Source: an uncultured Candidatus Entotheonella sp.
GTDB lineage: Bacteria; Tectomicrobia; Entotheonellia; Entotheonellales; Entotheonellaceae
NCBI GenBank assembly: GCA_965215335.1
Contig: CBDCDA010000002.1
Span: 992,001-1,056,000 of the forward strand
DNA length: 64,000 nucleotides
Direction of reading: 5' to 3'
A program made the translations under genes and the position numbers. The notes under the pieces were generated by a model. The model was given only the letters and a program-made list of their open reading frames with translations. It was not told the origin of the DNA and ran no database searches. Shown in pieces: positions 36,407 through 50,631 of the stretch (positions are counted from its first letter, which is position 1; each line of letters begins with the position of its first letter).

Positions 36407-36848
36407 GCGCCACCCTTGTCGCAAAATAGCTGCTCAGGTCACCGTGTCTGATTTCCTGCCCCGGAGGCGTGTCGCGCCATGGTGGCTCGGAATGGGTCAT
36501 ATCACGCAATTTCCAGGCGGAAAATTGTCCGTAGACCGCGTAGACCTCATCAAGCAATTCGCGCGTTTGCGTGTCATGAATGGAGAAGTCAGTCACATCT
36601 GGATGAGGGATGGCGTCTGAGCCGTTGGCCCTGTATTCGTGATAGAGTTCTGGAACGACAGGCCCGTGCGTCCAGGCTTCGATACGCTCGCGAAACAAAG
36701 GGCGACCATGGAGCGCGAGCGCGAATCCCTGAGCATAGTAGACGAGCTTTTGCAGTTTCAGGTTGGAAATCAAGTCGCCCGCATCTTCGTCCATCTGCGC
36801 CAGGAAGTATTGGGCGACATCATGACAACTCAACTTGCAGGAACTCAT
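36387..36848 (-). CDS. Panacea domain (DUF4065/SocA-like) antitoxin
   Basis: DVAQYFL, ISNLKLQKLVYYAQG, LF.ERIEAWTHGPVVPELY, SAWKLRDMTHSEPPW. Confidence 0.9.
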   Translation of the reverse strand: MSSCKLSCHDVAQYFLAQMDEDAGDLISNLKLQKLVYYAQGFALALHGRPLFRERIEAWTHGPVVPELYHEYRANGSDAIPHPDVTDFSIHDTQTRELLDEVYAVYGQFSAWKLRDMTHSEPPWRDTPPGQEIRHGDLSSYFATRVARGSETV

Positions 36849-36945
36849 GAACTCTCCACTCCAGCCTTTCTATCCGTGGATACCAAAGGAGGACAAAATC
36901 CAGATGACAGACATGCTATACCCATCGACTGGCAGAGACAACTTT

Positions 36946-36994
36946 GCCATCTGTCTTGCTGCCACGGCCATCCTCTGATTGTGAGTCCTGAGAC
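36946..36994 (+). mobile_element. Degenerate 3' end of an IS5-family element
   Basis: GCCATCTGTCTTGCTGCCACGGCCATCCTCTGATTGTGAGTCCTGAGAC aligns with 12061-12109 (GCCATCTGTATTGCTGCCACGGTTATCTTCTAGTTATGAGTCCTGAACC). Confidence 0.75.
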
Positions 36995-37178
36995 TGGTCA
37001 GGCAGGATTTTCCATGGCGAGTGTCAAACGGCGCGCCTTCAGCCAACACCTGCCTGAGCGAATTTCTCGGCATCTGGCCCAGAGGCATAGCCTGGAAAAA
37101 TCCAGCCCCGAATACCAAGACCTTTGCAACTATGGTACTATCCCTGACAGGGCAGCCTGAATTCTGTCCGGAGTATTG
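36995..37178 (+). mobile_element. 3' remnant of a second IS (transposase-like tail plus right TIR) at the island border
   Basis: FSMASVKRRAFSQHL...EYQDLCNYGTIPDRAA* followed by CTGTCCGGAGTATTG, matching the MITE right end. Confidence 0.65.
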
Positions 37179-37216
37179 ATTGACGGAACGCACGTTAGTA
37201 TTGATTGGAGGTCCGT

Positions 37217-37327
37217 ATGGAAGAGACGCCTCACCCCAAGGGCGCTCTGACGTTCATGCTGATCTATCTCGTGGTTCTTTCGCTGTTCTGGCTCGATTCG
37301 TTTCTCCGCTTGTGGCTGAAAGGGTGA
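37217..37327 (+). CDS. cbaD: ba3-type cytochrome c oxidase subunit IIa
   Basis: MEETPHPKGALTFMLIYLVVLSLFWLDSFLRLWLKG (P.GAL...FW single helix), with GGAGG RBS, directly before subunit II. Confidence 0.8.
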   Translation: MEETPHPKGALTFMLIYLVVLSLFWLDSFLRLWLKG

Positions 37328-37334
37328 TCATGCC

Positions 37335-37826
37335 ATGGCCAAAAACGATACGACGCTCTACCTGTACGAACTCGCCTGGATACTGCCCAGTGTCGCCTTG
37401 CCTGTGGGCATGCTGGCGGCGCTGCTGGTGACGGCGTTCGGCGCCCATATCCATTTGCCGGGACAGGCGGCCACCATTGATCCCGCACGTATCGACACCA
37501 CGGCGCCATTTGATCAACCCGGTCTCGTCGAGGTCGGGGTGGGACGCTACGAGGCTCGTATCATCGCCGGTATCTGGTTCTTCAACCCGCCTGAAATTCG
37601 CGTGCCCGAAGGTTCCGAGGTGACCTTCGTCGGCACCAGCCGGGACGTCATTCACGGCCTCTTTCTTCCCGATGCCGACGTCAACGTCATGCTGATTCCG
37701 GGCCAGGTGACACGAATTACCACCCGCTTTCCAAAGGCTGGCGAATACACCTTCATCTGTCACGAGTACTGCGGCCTCGCCCATCACACCATGGCCGGCA
37801 AGGTCATCGTCGAACCCCTGGAGTAA
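37335..37826 (+). CDS. cbaB: ba3-type cytochrome c oxidase subunit II
   Basis: Single TM helix, SRDVIHG and CuA motif CHEYCGLAHHTM. Confidence 0.92.
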   Translation: MAKNDTTLYLYELAWILPSVALPVGMLAALLVTAFGAHIHLPGQAATIDPARIDTTAPFDQPGLVEVGVGRYEARIIAGIWFFNPPEIRVPEGSEVTFVGTSRDVIHGLFLPDADVNVMLIPGQVTRITTRFPKAGEYTFICHEYCGLAHHTMAGKVIVEPLE

Positions 37827-37840
37827 AGGCGGCAAAGCCC

Positions 37841-39490
37841 ATGACGCCCGCGGTTGACACCGACCTGGGACCAGAACGCCGCCTGACCGGCGCTTTCTTC
37901 CTGGTGGCGTTCGTCGCCCTCTTCGTCGGCGTGGTGACCGGTCTGTTTCAGGGCCTTTCGCATGCCGGCATCGATCTGTACGCGTGGCTTGTGCCCTTGG
38001 TGAAGTCCTACTATCATGGCCTCAGTCTGCACGGGGTCATGAACGTGCTGGTGTGGACCACCTTTTTCATCTGTGGCTTCGTTCCCTTCATGGCGGCCCG
38101 CGCCTATCGGCGTCCGCTGGCGAGCCGCGGCCTGGGATGGGCGACCTTTGGCCTGATGATCGTGGGGCTGATCATCGCTGGCATCCCGCTGGTACAGAAC
38201 AACGCCACGGTCATGTTTACGTTCTATCCCCCCATGCAGGCGCATGGGGCCTTCTACGTGGGTCTGACGTTGGTCGTCGTCGGCACCTGGCTGGTGACGC
38301 TCAACCTCCTGCTCACCCACCGCGCCTGGCGTCGCCAGCATGCCAATGCGCGGACGCCCCTGCCGGCGATGATGGCGCTTGTCACGTTCATCATGTGGAC
38401 GATTGCCTCCCTCGGTCTGGCGGCCGAGATGCTCTTTCTCCTGATTCCCTGGTCGTTGGGCTGGCGCCAGGGCGTCAATCCCCTGCTGGCGCGCACCCTG
38501 TTCTGGTTCACCGGCCATCCCATCGTCTACTTCTGGCTGCTGCCCGTCTATCTTTCCTGGTACACCCTGGTGCCGCGGCAGGCCGGTGGGCGTCTTTTCA
38601 GCGATCCGATGGCGCGGGCGTCGTTTCTTCTGTTCCTCCTGTTGTCGACGCCAGTCGGCCTTCACCACCAATACACCGACCCGGGCATCGCGCAGGGCTG
38701 GAAGCTGGTCCACACCTTTTTTACGTTCGCGGTGTTTTTCCCGAGCTTGCTGACGTTTTTCAACGTGGTGGCGTCCTTGGAGAGCGGTGCTCGGGCGCGT
38801 GGCGGAAAGGGGCTTGTTGCCTGGTTCGGCAAGCTGCCTTGGGGCGATCCATCGCTGGCGGCTCAGGTGCTCGCCATGCTGACCTTTGCCTTTGGCGGCA
38901 TCGGGGGTCTGATCAACGCCTCGCACAGCATGAACCTGCTCGTCCACAACAGCACGTACATCGTCGGGCATTTCCACCTCACCGTCGGGACGGCCGTTAC
39001 GCTGTCGTTCATGGGCATTACCTACTGGCTGGTCCCGGTGCTGGTGGGGCGGGGTTTGTGGAGCCGGCGCCTGGCCCTGACCCAGGCCTGGCTGTGGACT
39101 ATCGGCATGGCGCTGTTTTCCTACGCGTTGCACAGCCTTGGGCTGCAGGGCATGCCGCGGCGCACGTGGATCGCCATGGCCACGTACGCGCCGCCGGAAT
39201 GGGGCGAACTCACGCCACTCATCGGCATTGGTGGCGCCATCATGTTCGTGAGTGCCACGCTCTATTTTCTCAACCTCTTGTTGACGTGGCTGGTGTCGCG
39301 GGAACCCGCCCCTGCTCCCGTCGAATTCGCCGATGCCATCTCCGGCCCCGAGGCCGTACCCGTTTTTCTCGACCGCCTGCGTCCGTGGCTGGTTCTCAGC
39401 GCGATCTTCATCTTCGTGGCCTACGCCCCCACGTTGATTCACATGATCCTGGAGACGTCGGCAAACGTATCGGGATTCCGGGTCTGGTGA
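37841..39490 (+). CDS. cbaA: B-family heme-copper oxidase subunit I
   Basis: YY.GLSLHG, LFWFTGHPIVYFWLLP, GLHHQYTDPG, GHFHLTVG, GMPRR. Confidence 0.93.
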   Translation: MTPAVDTDLGPERRLTGAFFLVAFVALFVGVVTGLFQGLSHAGIDLYAWLVPLVKSYYHGLSLHGVMNVLVWTTFFICGFVPFMAARAYRRPLASRGLGWATFGLMIVGLIIAGIPLVQNNATVMFTFYPPMQAHGAFYVGLTLVVVGTWLVTLNLLLTHRAWRRQHANARTPLPAMMALVTFIMWTIASLGLAAEMLFLLIPWSLGWRQGVNPLLARTLFWFTGHPIVYFWLLPVYLSWYTLVPRQAGGRLFSDPMARASFLLFLLLSTPVGLHHQYTDPGIAQGWKLVHTFFTFAVFFPSLLTFFNVVASLESGARARGGKGLVAWFGKLPWGDPSLAAQVLAMLTFAFGGIGGLINASHSMNLLVHNSTYIVGHFHLTVGTAVTLSFMGITYWLVPVLVGRGLWSRRLALTQAWLWTIGMALFSYALHSLGLQGMPRRTWIAMATYAPPEWGELTPLIGIGGAIMFVSATLYFLNLLLTWLVSREPAPAPVEFADAISGPEAVPVFLDRLRPWLVLSAIFIFVAYAPTLIHMILETSANVSGFRVW

Positions 39491-39625
39491 GTTAGAATGG
39501 CAGGATCAGACAGTTACGTTGCTCTTTCGGGAAGAAAAGGCTCCAGGGGTTCTGGCTAATCTCGACATGCTCCAAGATGAAACCGGGACGTTAATCTCGC
39601 CGCTACGTGTCAGGAGGAACTCGCT

Positions 39626-40516
39626 ATGGACGTTTTGTCATTTTCCAATGTGCCTACCTTGAAGCGTCCCATCCTCTTGCTCGCCTTTGCCGGGTGGAAC
39701 GACGCCGGGAACGCTGCGACGTTTGCCGCCAAGTTCCTTCTGCAACGCCTGCAGGGTCAGAATTTCGCCACCCTGGATCCGGAGATTTTCTACAACTTTT
39801 CCGAGCAGCGCCCGCACGTGCGCTTTAGCGGCGGCGAACGTGAAATCATCTGGCCTGCGAATGAGTTCGCCTACGCCAGCGATCCGCAGCTGGCGCAGGA
39901 CGTCATCATTGCGCTGGGTGTCGAGCCCCATCTGCAATGGCGCCGATATATCGGTTCGGTGCTGAAAGTGATTGAGGAATGCGGCGTAGAACTGGTCGTT
40001 ACCCTCGGCGCGCTGCTCGCCGACGTGGCCTATGCCCGGCCGGTGCGGCTGACCGGCTCCGCCAGCGACGCGGAATTGGCGCGGCGCCTGCACCTGTCGC
40101 CCTCCCGCTACGAAGGTCCGACCGGCATCGTCGGTGTCCTGCACGACACCTGCCGCCAGTGCGGCTTCCCCGCCCTCAGCATCTGGGCCAACGTGCCCCA
40201 CTACATCGCCGCCACGCCCAACGTCAAGGCCGCCCTGGCCATCGTCCAGCGAGTCCTCCGGCTGCTCGATTTCAGCACGGATCTGAGCGATCTGGAACGC
40301 GCTGCCGGTGAATTCGACCGCCGCGTCAGCGACGTTCTGGCCAGTGATCCCAAAGTCGCCGAATACGTTCGCCGTCTGGAAGAACGCGACGAAGACGAGG
40401 ACGACGAAGATGACGATCCCGGCAATACCAACGACCTGCCCAGCGGCGAGGAACTCGCCCGCGAGCTCGAAGCCTTCCTCCGCGAGCAGCGCCGCGAGCA
40501 GGATGAAAAGGAGTAA
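39626..40516 (+). CDS. PAC2 family protein
   Basis: AFAGWNDAG.AA, GVEPHLQW, LGALLADV..ARP, YEGPTGIVGVL, WANVPHY. Confidence 0.88.
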   Translation: MDVLSFSNVPTLKRPILLLAFAGWNDAGNAATFAAKFLLQRLQGQNFATLDPEIFYNFSEQRPHVRFSGGEREIIWPANEFAYASDPQLAQDVIIALGVEPHLQWRRYIGSVLKVIEECGVELVVTLGALLADVAYARPVRLTGSASDAELARRLHLSPSRYEGPTGIVGVLHDTCRQCGFPALSIWANVPHYIAATPNVKAALAIVQRVLRLLDFSTDLSDLERAAGEFDRRVSDVLASDPKVAEYVRRLEERDEDEDDEDDDPGNTNDLPSGEELARELEAFLREQRREQDEKE

Positions 40517-40535
40517 GGCAGGGCAGTCGGCGCCG

Positions 40536-41945
40536 TCAGACGCCGGCGATCACGGGCATCTCCACTCTCGTAGAAGCTATTTCGCCCTCCAGGGCGTAGA
40601 GACCGGCCCGGGTTACGCGCACGGGCGCCAACTGACCGATGCAGGACGGATCGGCAGGGAAGTTGACGATCTTGTTGGTGCGGGTGCGCCCGGTCAGCCT
40701 GGTGGGGTCTTTCTTGCTGGGTCCTTCCACCAGAACCTCGTAGGTTCCCCCCTCGCAAGCCAGATTCGCTGCCAGAGAGATGCGCTTCTGCATGTTTAGG
40801 AGGCTGTCGAAGCGGCGCTGCTTGTCCGCGTGCGGCACCTGGTCGGGCAGGCCAGGGGCAACGGTACCAGGGCGTTCGGAGTAGTTGAACAGGTAGATGG
40901 CGTCGAAGCGCACCAACTCCAGCATGCGGCGCGTTTCGAGAAACTCCGCTTCGGTCTCGCCCGGAAATCCCACGATGACGTCGGTGGAGAGTGCCTGGTC
41001 GGGGACCGCCTCGCGGATGCGGGCGATGAGGTCGCGGTAGCCCGCCGCGGTGTAGCCGCGGCGCATCAGCCTGAGGATGCGGTCGGCACCGGCCTGGAAG
41101 GGCAGGTGGAGGAATTCACAGACTTTGTCCAGCCCGGCCATGGCGTCGATGAGGCGCTGGGTGAAATCCAGCGGGTGGGAGGTGACGAACCGGATGCGCT
41201 CGATGCCCGCCACCTCCTGCACGGCCTCGAGCAGGGCGGCAAAATCGGAACGATGCGGCCGGAAGTCGCTGCCGTAGGCGTTGACATTCTGTCCGACCAG
41301 GGTGACCTCGCGGTAACCGGTGTCCGCCAAGCCGCGCACTTCGCCCAGAATGACAGGCATCGGGCGGCTGACCTGTGGCCCGCGCGTATTCGGCACGACG
41401 CAGAAAGAACAGCGTTTGTTGCAGCCGTGCATGACGCTGACGAACGCCGTCACCCGGCTGTCGCGTTGCACGGGCAGGGCGCCGAGGTCGCCATCGAGGA
41501 CCTTGTCGGTAATCTCCAGAACGGGCTCGCCGGCCGTCTCGACCTGCTGCACCAGGTCCAACACGCGGCTGACGTTCAGGGTGCCGAAGACCAGGTCGAC
41601 GTACGGCGCCCGCTCCAGAATTTCCTCCCTGGCGCGCTGCGCGATGCAGCCGCACACACCGATCATCATGCCCGGGCGCTGCTGCTTGAGGCGCCTGAGG
41701 CGGCCCAGTTCACTGTAAAACTTCTGCTCGGCCTTCTCGCGGATGCTGCACGTGTTCATCAGCACCAGGTCGGCTTGCCGCGCGTCCGGCGTGAGTTCGT
41801 AGCCGCCCTGCCTGAGCACCCCGGTCATGCGCTCCGAATCGTACACGTTCATCTGGCAGCCGTAGGTGATGATGGAAAGTTTCTTCGTCAAAAGCCTCTC
41901 CCCTGGAGGGAGGGCTTGAGGAGGGGAAATGCTCTTCGTTGTCAT
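40536..41945 (-). CDS. miaB: tRNA methylthiotransferase MiaB
   Basis: [36 protein letters not shown] and a TRAM domain. Confidence 0.95.
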   Translation of the reverse strand: MTTKSISPPQALPPGERLLTKKLSIITYGCQMNVYDSERMTGVLRQGGYELTPDARQADLVLMNTCSIREKAEQKFYSELGRLRRLKQQRPGMMIGVCGCIAQRAREEILERAPYVDLVFGTLNVSRVLDLVQQVETAGEPVLEITDKVLDGDLGALPVQRDSRVTAFVSVMHGCNKRCSFCVVPNTRGPQVSRPMPVILGEVRGLADTGYREVTLVGQNVNAYGSDFRPHRSDFAALLEAVQEVAGIERIRFVTSHPLDFTQRLIDAMAGLDKVCEFLHLPFQAGADRILRLMRRGYTAAGYRDLIARIREAVPDQALSTDVIVGFPGETEAEFLETRRMLELVRFDAIYLFNYSERPGTVAPGLPDQVPHADKQRRFDSLLNMQKRISLAANLACEGGTYEVLVEGPSKKDPTRLTGRTRTNKIVNFPADPSCIGQLAPVRVTRAGLYALEGEIASTRVEMPVIAGV

Positions 41946-41977
41946 GCGGTGTCCTCGGATGGAAAATGGCGTTGAAC

Positions 41978-42634
41978 TTATCGCCAGCGCTGCACACCGA
42001 CGCGCTTGCAAAACGGCGCCACCGGGCACTGGCTGCACAGCGGTGAGGTCGGCTTGCAGCAGTGCTGGCCCAGCGCCACAAGCATGGGATTGTAAGTGAT
42101 CCACAGGTCGCGGGGCAGCTTCTTGCGCAGCGCCATCTCGGTGTCCAGCGGGTCCTTCGTCTTGACGTAGCCCCAGCGGTTGGAAATGCGATGCACGTGC
42201 GTGTCGACGCAAATGGCCGGGATGTTGTAGCCCTCGGCGAGAACCAGGTTCGCGGTCTTGCGCCCCACGCCGTGGAAGGACGTCAGGGTGTCGATGTCGT
42301 CGGGAACCTGGCCGTCGAATTCTTCCAGCAGCCGCTGCGAGATGGCCAGCACCTGCTCGGCTTTGTTGCGATAAAAGCCGACGGGGTAAATGGCGCGCTC
42401 AATGGTCTTTTGGTCCAGCTTCAGCATGGCATCCGGCGTGTCCGCCAAGGCGAACAGGCGCTGCGCCGCCGGGCCGGTCGTCTGGTCCTGGGTCCGCAGG
42501 CTGAGCAACGTGGCGATCAGCACCCGGTACGGGTCGCGGTTCTCCTGCGCCAACAGGGCAATCACCGGCACATTCCAGCGCGGCACTTCGCGGTGCAAAA
42601 TGGCCAATGCTTCGCGCACTTGTCGACGTATCAT
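41978..42634 (-). CDS. nth: Endonuclease III
   Basis: Hh[21 protein letters not shown], and 4Fe-4S motif [15 protein letters not shown]. Confidence 0.93.
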   Translation of the reverse strand: MIRRQVREALAILHREVPRWNVPVIALLAQENRDPYRVLIATLLSLRTQDQTTGPAAQRLFALADTPDAMLKLDQKTIERAIYPVGFYRNKAEQVLAISQRLLEEFDGQVPDDIDTLTSFHGVGRKTANLVLAEGYNIPAICVDTHVHRISNRWGYVKTKDPLDTEMALRKKLPRDLWITYNPMLVALGQHCCKPTSPLCSQCPVAPFCKRVGVQRWR

Positions 42635-42713
42635 GGCATTCCAATCAGCGGGGAACGTCGAGAGGCGGGATTATAGGTCAGGCGGCAAGCGGTCTACAAG
42701 GCCAAACGCCCGC

Positions 42714-45567
<2,854 letters not shown>

Positions 45568-45571
<4 letters not shown>

Positions 45572-46746
45572 GCCTTCTCCTGGAAGATGCCGACGCTGGC
45601 CGTAAAGCCGTGCAGGAAATTGCTGTTGCCGATGGGACCGATTTCGCCGTTGCAAAAGAACCCGGCGCTCGGGATGTCGCCGGTAGCAGCGGCAATCACC
45701 TCGCTGTCGTGGTTCGGCTTGCCGTAAAGGTGGGCGCCGCGACCGTTGCAGGAAAAAACCAGTGCTGCCTGTGCCGGCTGGTCGGCCAGTTTGGGCGTGA
45801 GGGCGTCCATCATCTTGGTCAGGTCCTCCCGCGCGGTTGCAGCGTCGCGTACGTGCAGTTGTACCGTCTGACCGGGCCGGGTGATTTCCCCAACGGCGAT
45901 GGCGCCGCTCTTGGGGTCGGCGCCGAGCAGGGTGCGAATGAGAAAATCGCCGCGCTCGAAGGTCTCCTTGTACTCGTCCACCACGCGCCCGATGAGCAGC
46001 GCCGTGCGCGCCAGTTCCTGGTCCTCGGGGGACAACTCGCCGACGGTCTCGCGTGCGACTTCCAATGCCGGGCGGCCGCTCAACTCGTAGATGACCTGGT
46101 CTTCACAGCGCGTGACGAACTGTGGCCGTCCGATGGGCTTGCAGCCCTGCGACACCACGGTGTGCAGCACGAAGTCCCCCTGCAAGGCAATCCCGACCGC
46201 GCCGTGTAGCACCTCGCTGCCCAGAAACAGCGCGGAGCTGCGCTGCGACTGCCCGCCGCTGGCCAGGCCGCCGAGCACCGGGCGCAGGGGATAGGCGTTG
46301 TTGAACACGTCGAGCAGCTTGCGGGGTTCCATGGCGTAGGGGTCGGGCAGCAGGATGAAGGTCGGCTTGTCGTCGGGCGACAGCCCCAGCCGGTCGTGCC
46401 AATAGCTCTCCGATGTTTCGCGTTCCAGCTCGGGCTGCTCGATGTGGAACGGCGTGATGGTGACGCCCGGCAGGTGGGCCGCCATCAGGGACAGGGCGGG
46501 CCGCTGCTCCACCTCCTGCTGGTCGCCGATCACCCCGCCGCCGGTGCAGCCAATCAGCGTGTGGCTGGACAGCCGTTCCTGCATGACCTGCAACTGGTGC
46601 GGGAAATCTTTCAGGTGATGGGGGGAAGCAAAAACAAGGCTCAGATGGGCAGGCTGATCGGATAACCGGCCGGTTACGTTGTCCAAGACCTCTGCAACCG
46701 CCGCTGCGGTTTGCACCTCGCGTGACATGGCACTGGCAAACTGCAT
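45568..46746 (-). CDS. FIST N/C domain protein
   Basis: IGCTGGGVIG, GGLASGG, VSQGCKPIG, FSCNGRG, GFFCNGEIGP, LHGFTAS. Confidence 0.9.
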
Positions 46747-46769
46747 GACAAGGCTCCTCTGTTACGTCG

Positions 46770-47708
46770 CTATTCTTGCGGTTGCCACAGGTGGGTGCTG
46801 GCGTAGCGCTCGCCCAGATCGTTGAACAGGGTGACGATGCGGCCCCGGCGCACGCGCGCGGCAACCTTGGCCACCCCCTGCGTGTAACCGCCCGAGGACT
46901 GGCCGACGAAAAACCCCTCGCGCGCCAAGCGCCAGCACATGTCGTACGCTTCTTCGATGGTAACGTCCACGCGCCCGTCGATGACACTCTGGTCGAGAAT
47001 GGCCGGCACAATGGCGTCGGGCGTGCCGAGCGGCTTCAGCCCTTCGATGCCAGGAAACTCCTCGGGGATGATGGCGATGACCTGGATGGAGGGGTCGTAT
47101 TCCTTGAGACGCCGGCCGATGCCCGTGAGGGCGCCGCCGGTGCCGATGCCGCCAACGAAATGGGTCAATTGGCCATCGGTCTGCTCCAGGATTTCCAGGG
47201 CGGTACCGTGATAATGCGCCTGCCAGTTGCTCGCGTTGCCGTACTGGTCGGCGAAGAAATAGCGCTCCGACTCCTGATCGGCCAAGCGGTGAACCTCGCG
47301 CAGTGCCTCGTCGTAGCCCTTCAGCGCGTCGGTTGTGATCAGCGTCGCGCCGTGCGCCACGATGCGCTTGCGGCGCTCCAGGCTGGCGTTTTCGGGCACC
47401 ACCAGGGCCACGGGATAGCCGAGGGCGGCGCCGAGCATGGCGTAAGCGATGCCGGCATTGCCGGAGCTCGAATCCAGAATCGTCTTGCCGGGACACAAGG
47501 CGCCGCTGGTCAAGGCATCCAGCAGAATCTGCCGCACCGGGCGATCCTTCAGCGACCCTCCGGGGTTGAAATACTCGAGTTTGGCGAACACGTCGATATC
47601 CGGCAAGGTATCGCGCAGGACGTTCACCTGCACCAGTGGGGTGTTGCCGATCGTTCCCAAGAGGGGATATTGCTCGATCAGTTGTTTGTGATCACTCGGG
47701 GTCGGCAT
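46770..47708 (-). CDS. PLP-dependent cysteine synthase family protein
   Basis: IGNTPLV, NPGGSLKDR, SSGNAG, GIGTGG, GQSSG. Confidence 0.9.
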   Translation of the reverse strand: MPTPSDHKQLIEQYPLLGTIGNTPLVQVNVLRDTLPDIDVFAKLEYFNPGGSLKDRPVRQILLDALTSGALCPGKTILDSSSGNAGIAYAMLGAALGYPVALVVPENASLERRKRIVAHGATLITTDALKGYDEALREVHRLADQESERYFFADQYGNASNWQAHYHGTALEILEQTDGQLTHFVGGIGTGGALTGIGRRLKEYDPSIQVIAIIPEEFPGIEGLKPLGTPDAIVPAILDQSVIDGRVDVTIEEAYDMCWRLAREGFFVGQSSGGYTQGVAKVAARVRRGRIVTLFNDLGERYASTHLWQPQE

Positions 47709-48339
47709 GACGCTGTCTCATTTCGTGCGTGTGTAATTTGGTGTTGAGGGTATCTTTCGGACGGATCCCGTTCGGCGAAAGCCGCCCCATGCCCTCGCCC
47801 TACAGTCCCAGATCGCTGATTGTCGTCCTTCTGGCATCGATGCTGTGCCTGGCCGTGCCCCCTGACGTTGCGGCGCAAGCCCAACCGGCTGGTGGAGACC
47901 CTGCGCGAATCTATGCGTTTGGCATCACTTGTCTCGGCTTGGGGGGTACTACCGAGCCGACCGAAGCGAAGCCGGTTCAAGCTGCTGTTTCCCCGCTACT
48001 GGCAGCACGACACCGCGCAAATCTCATCGGTCTGGCCCTGCAAAGCCGGACGATAACTACGACGACGCTTTCGCTCATTTTCAAAGGCCGAGTCAGTTTA
48101 ATGGCGAGGCCAGTGCCACGCAAGTGGCGTCTTACAAGCTCGACGAACTCCCCTTCAAACAAGGCCGGTACCCGCTCTCGGCAAGCAATTGGCAACGATT
48201 TCTGAATGATGCGCCGACGTGTGATGCAAATGAGTCATAGGTCGGATCAGTAATCCGGCATTCCACCGCACCATGAAGGCTTCCACCATTAGATTACCCT
48301 ACGGCCAATCCGACCTGCATGAAGCCGACAGCTCCCTCA

Positions 48340-50630
<2,291 letters not shown>

Positions 50631-50631
50631 G

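Noticed and set aside
13204..37178. 65-bp direct repeat as attL/attR of a 24-kb integrated element
   Set aside because: The repeat is an ORF tail plus an inverted-repeat end, better explained as two IS remnants. No integrase or tRNA is present, and island genes continue to the left.
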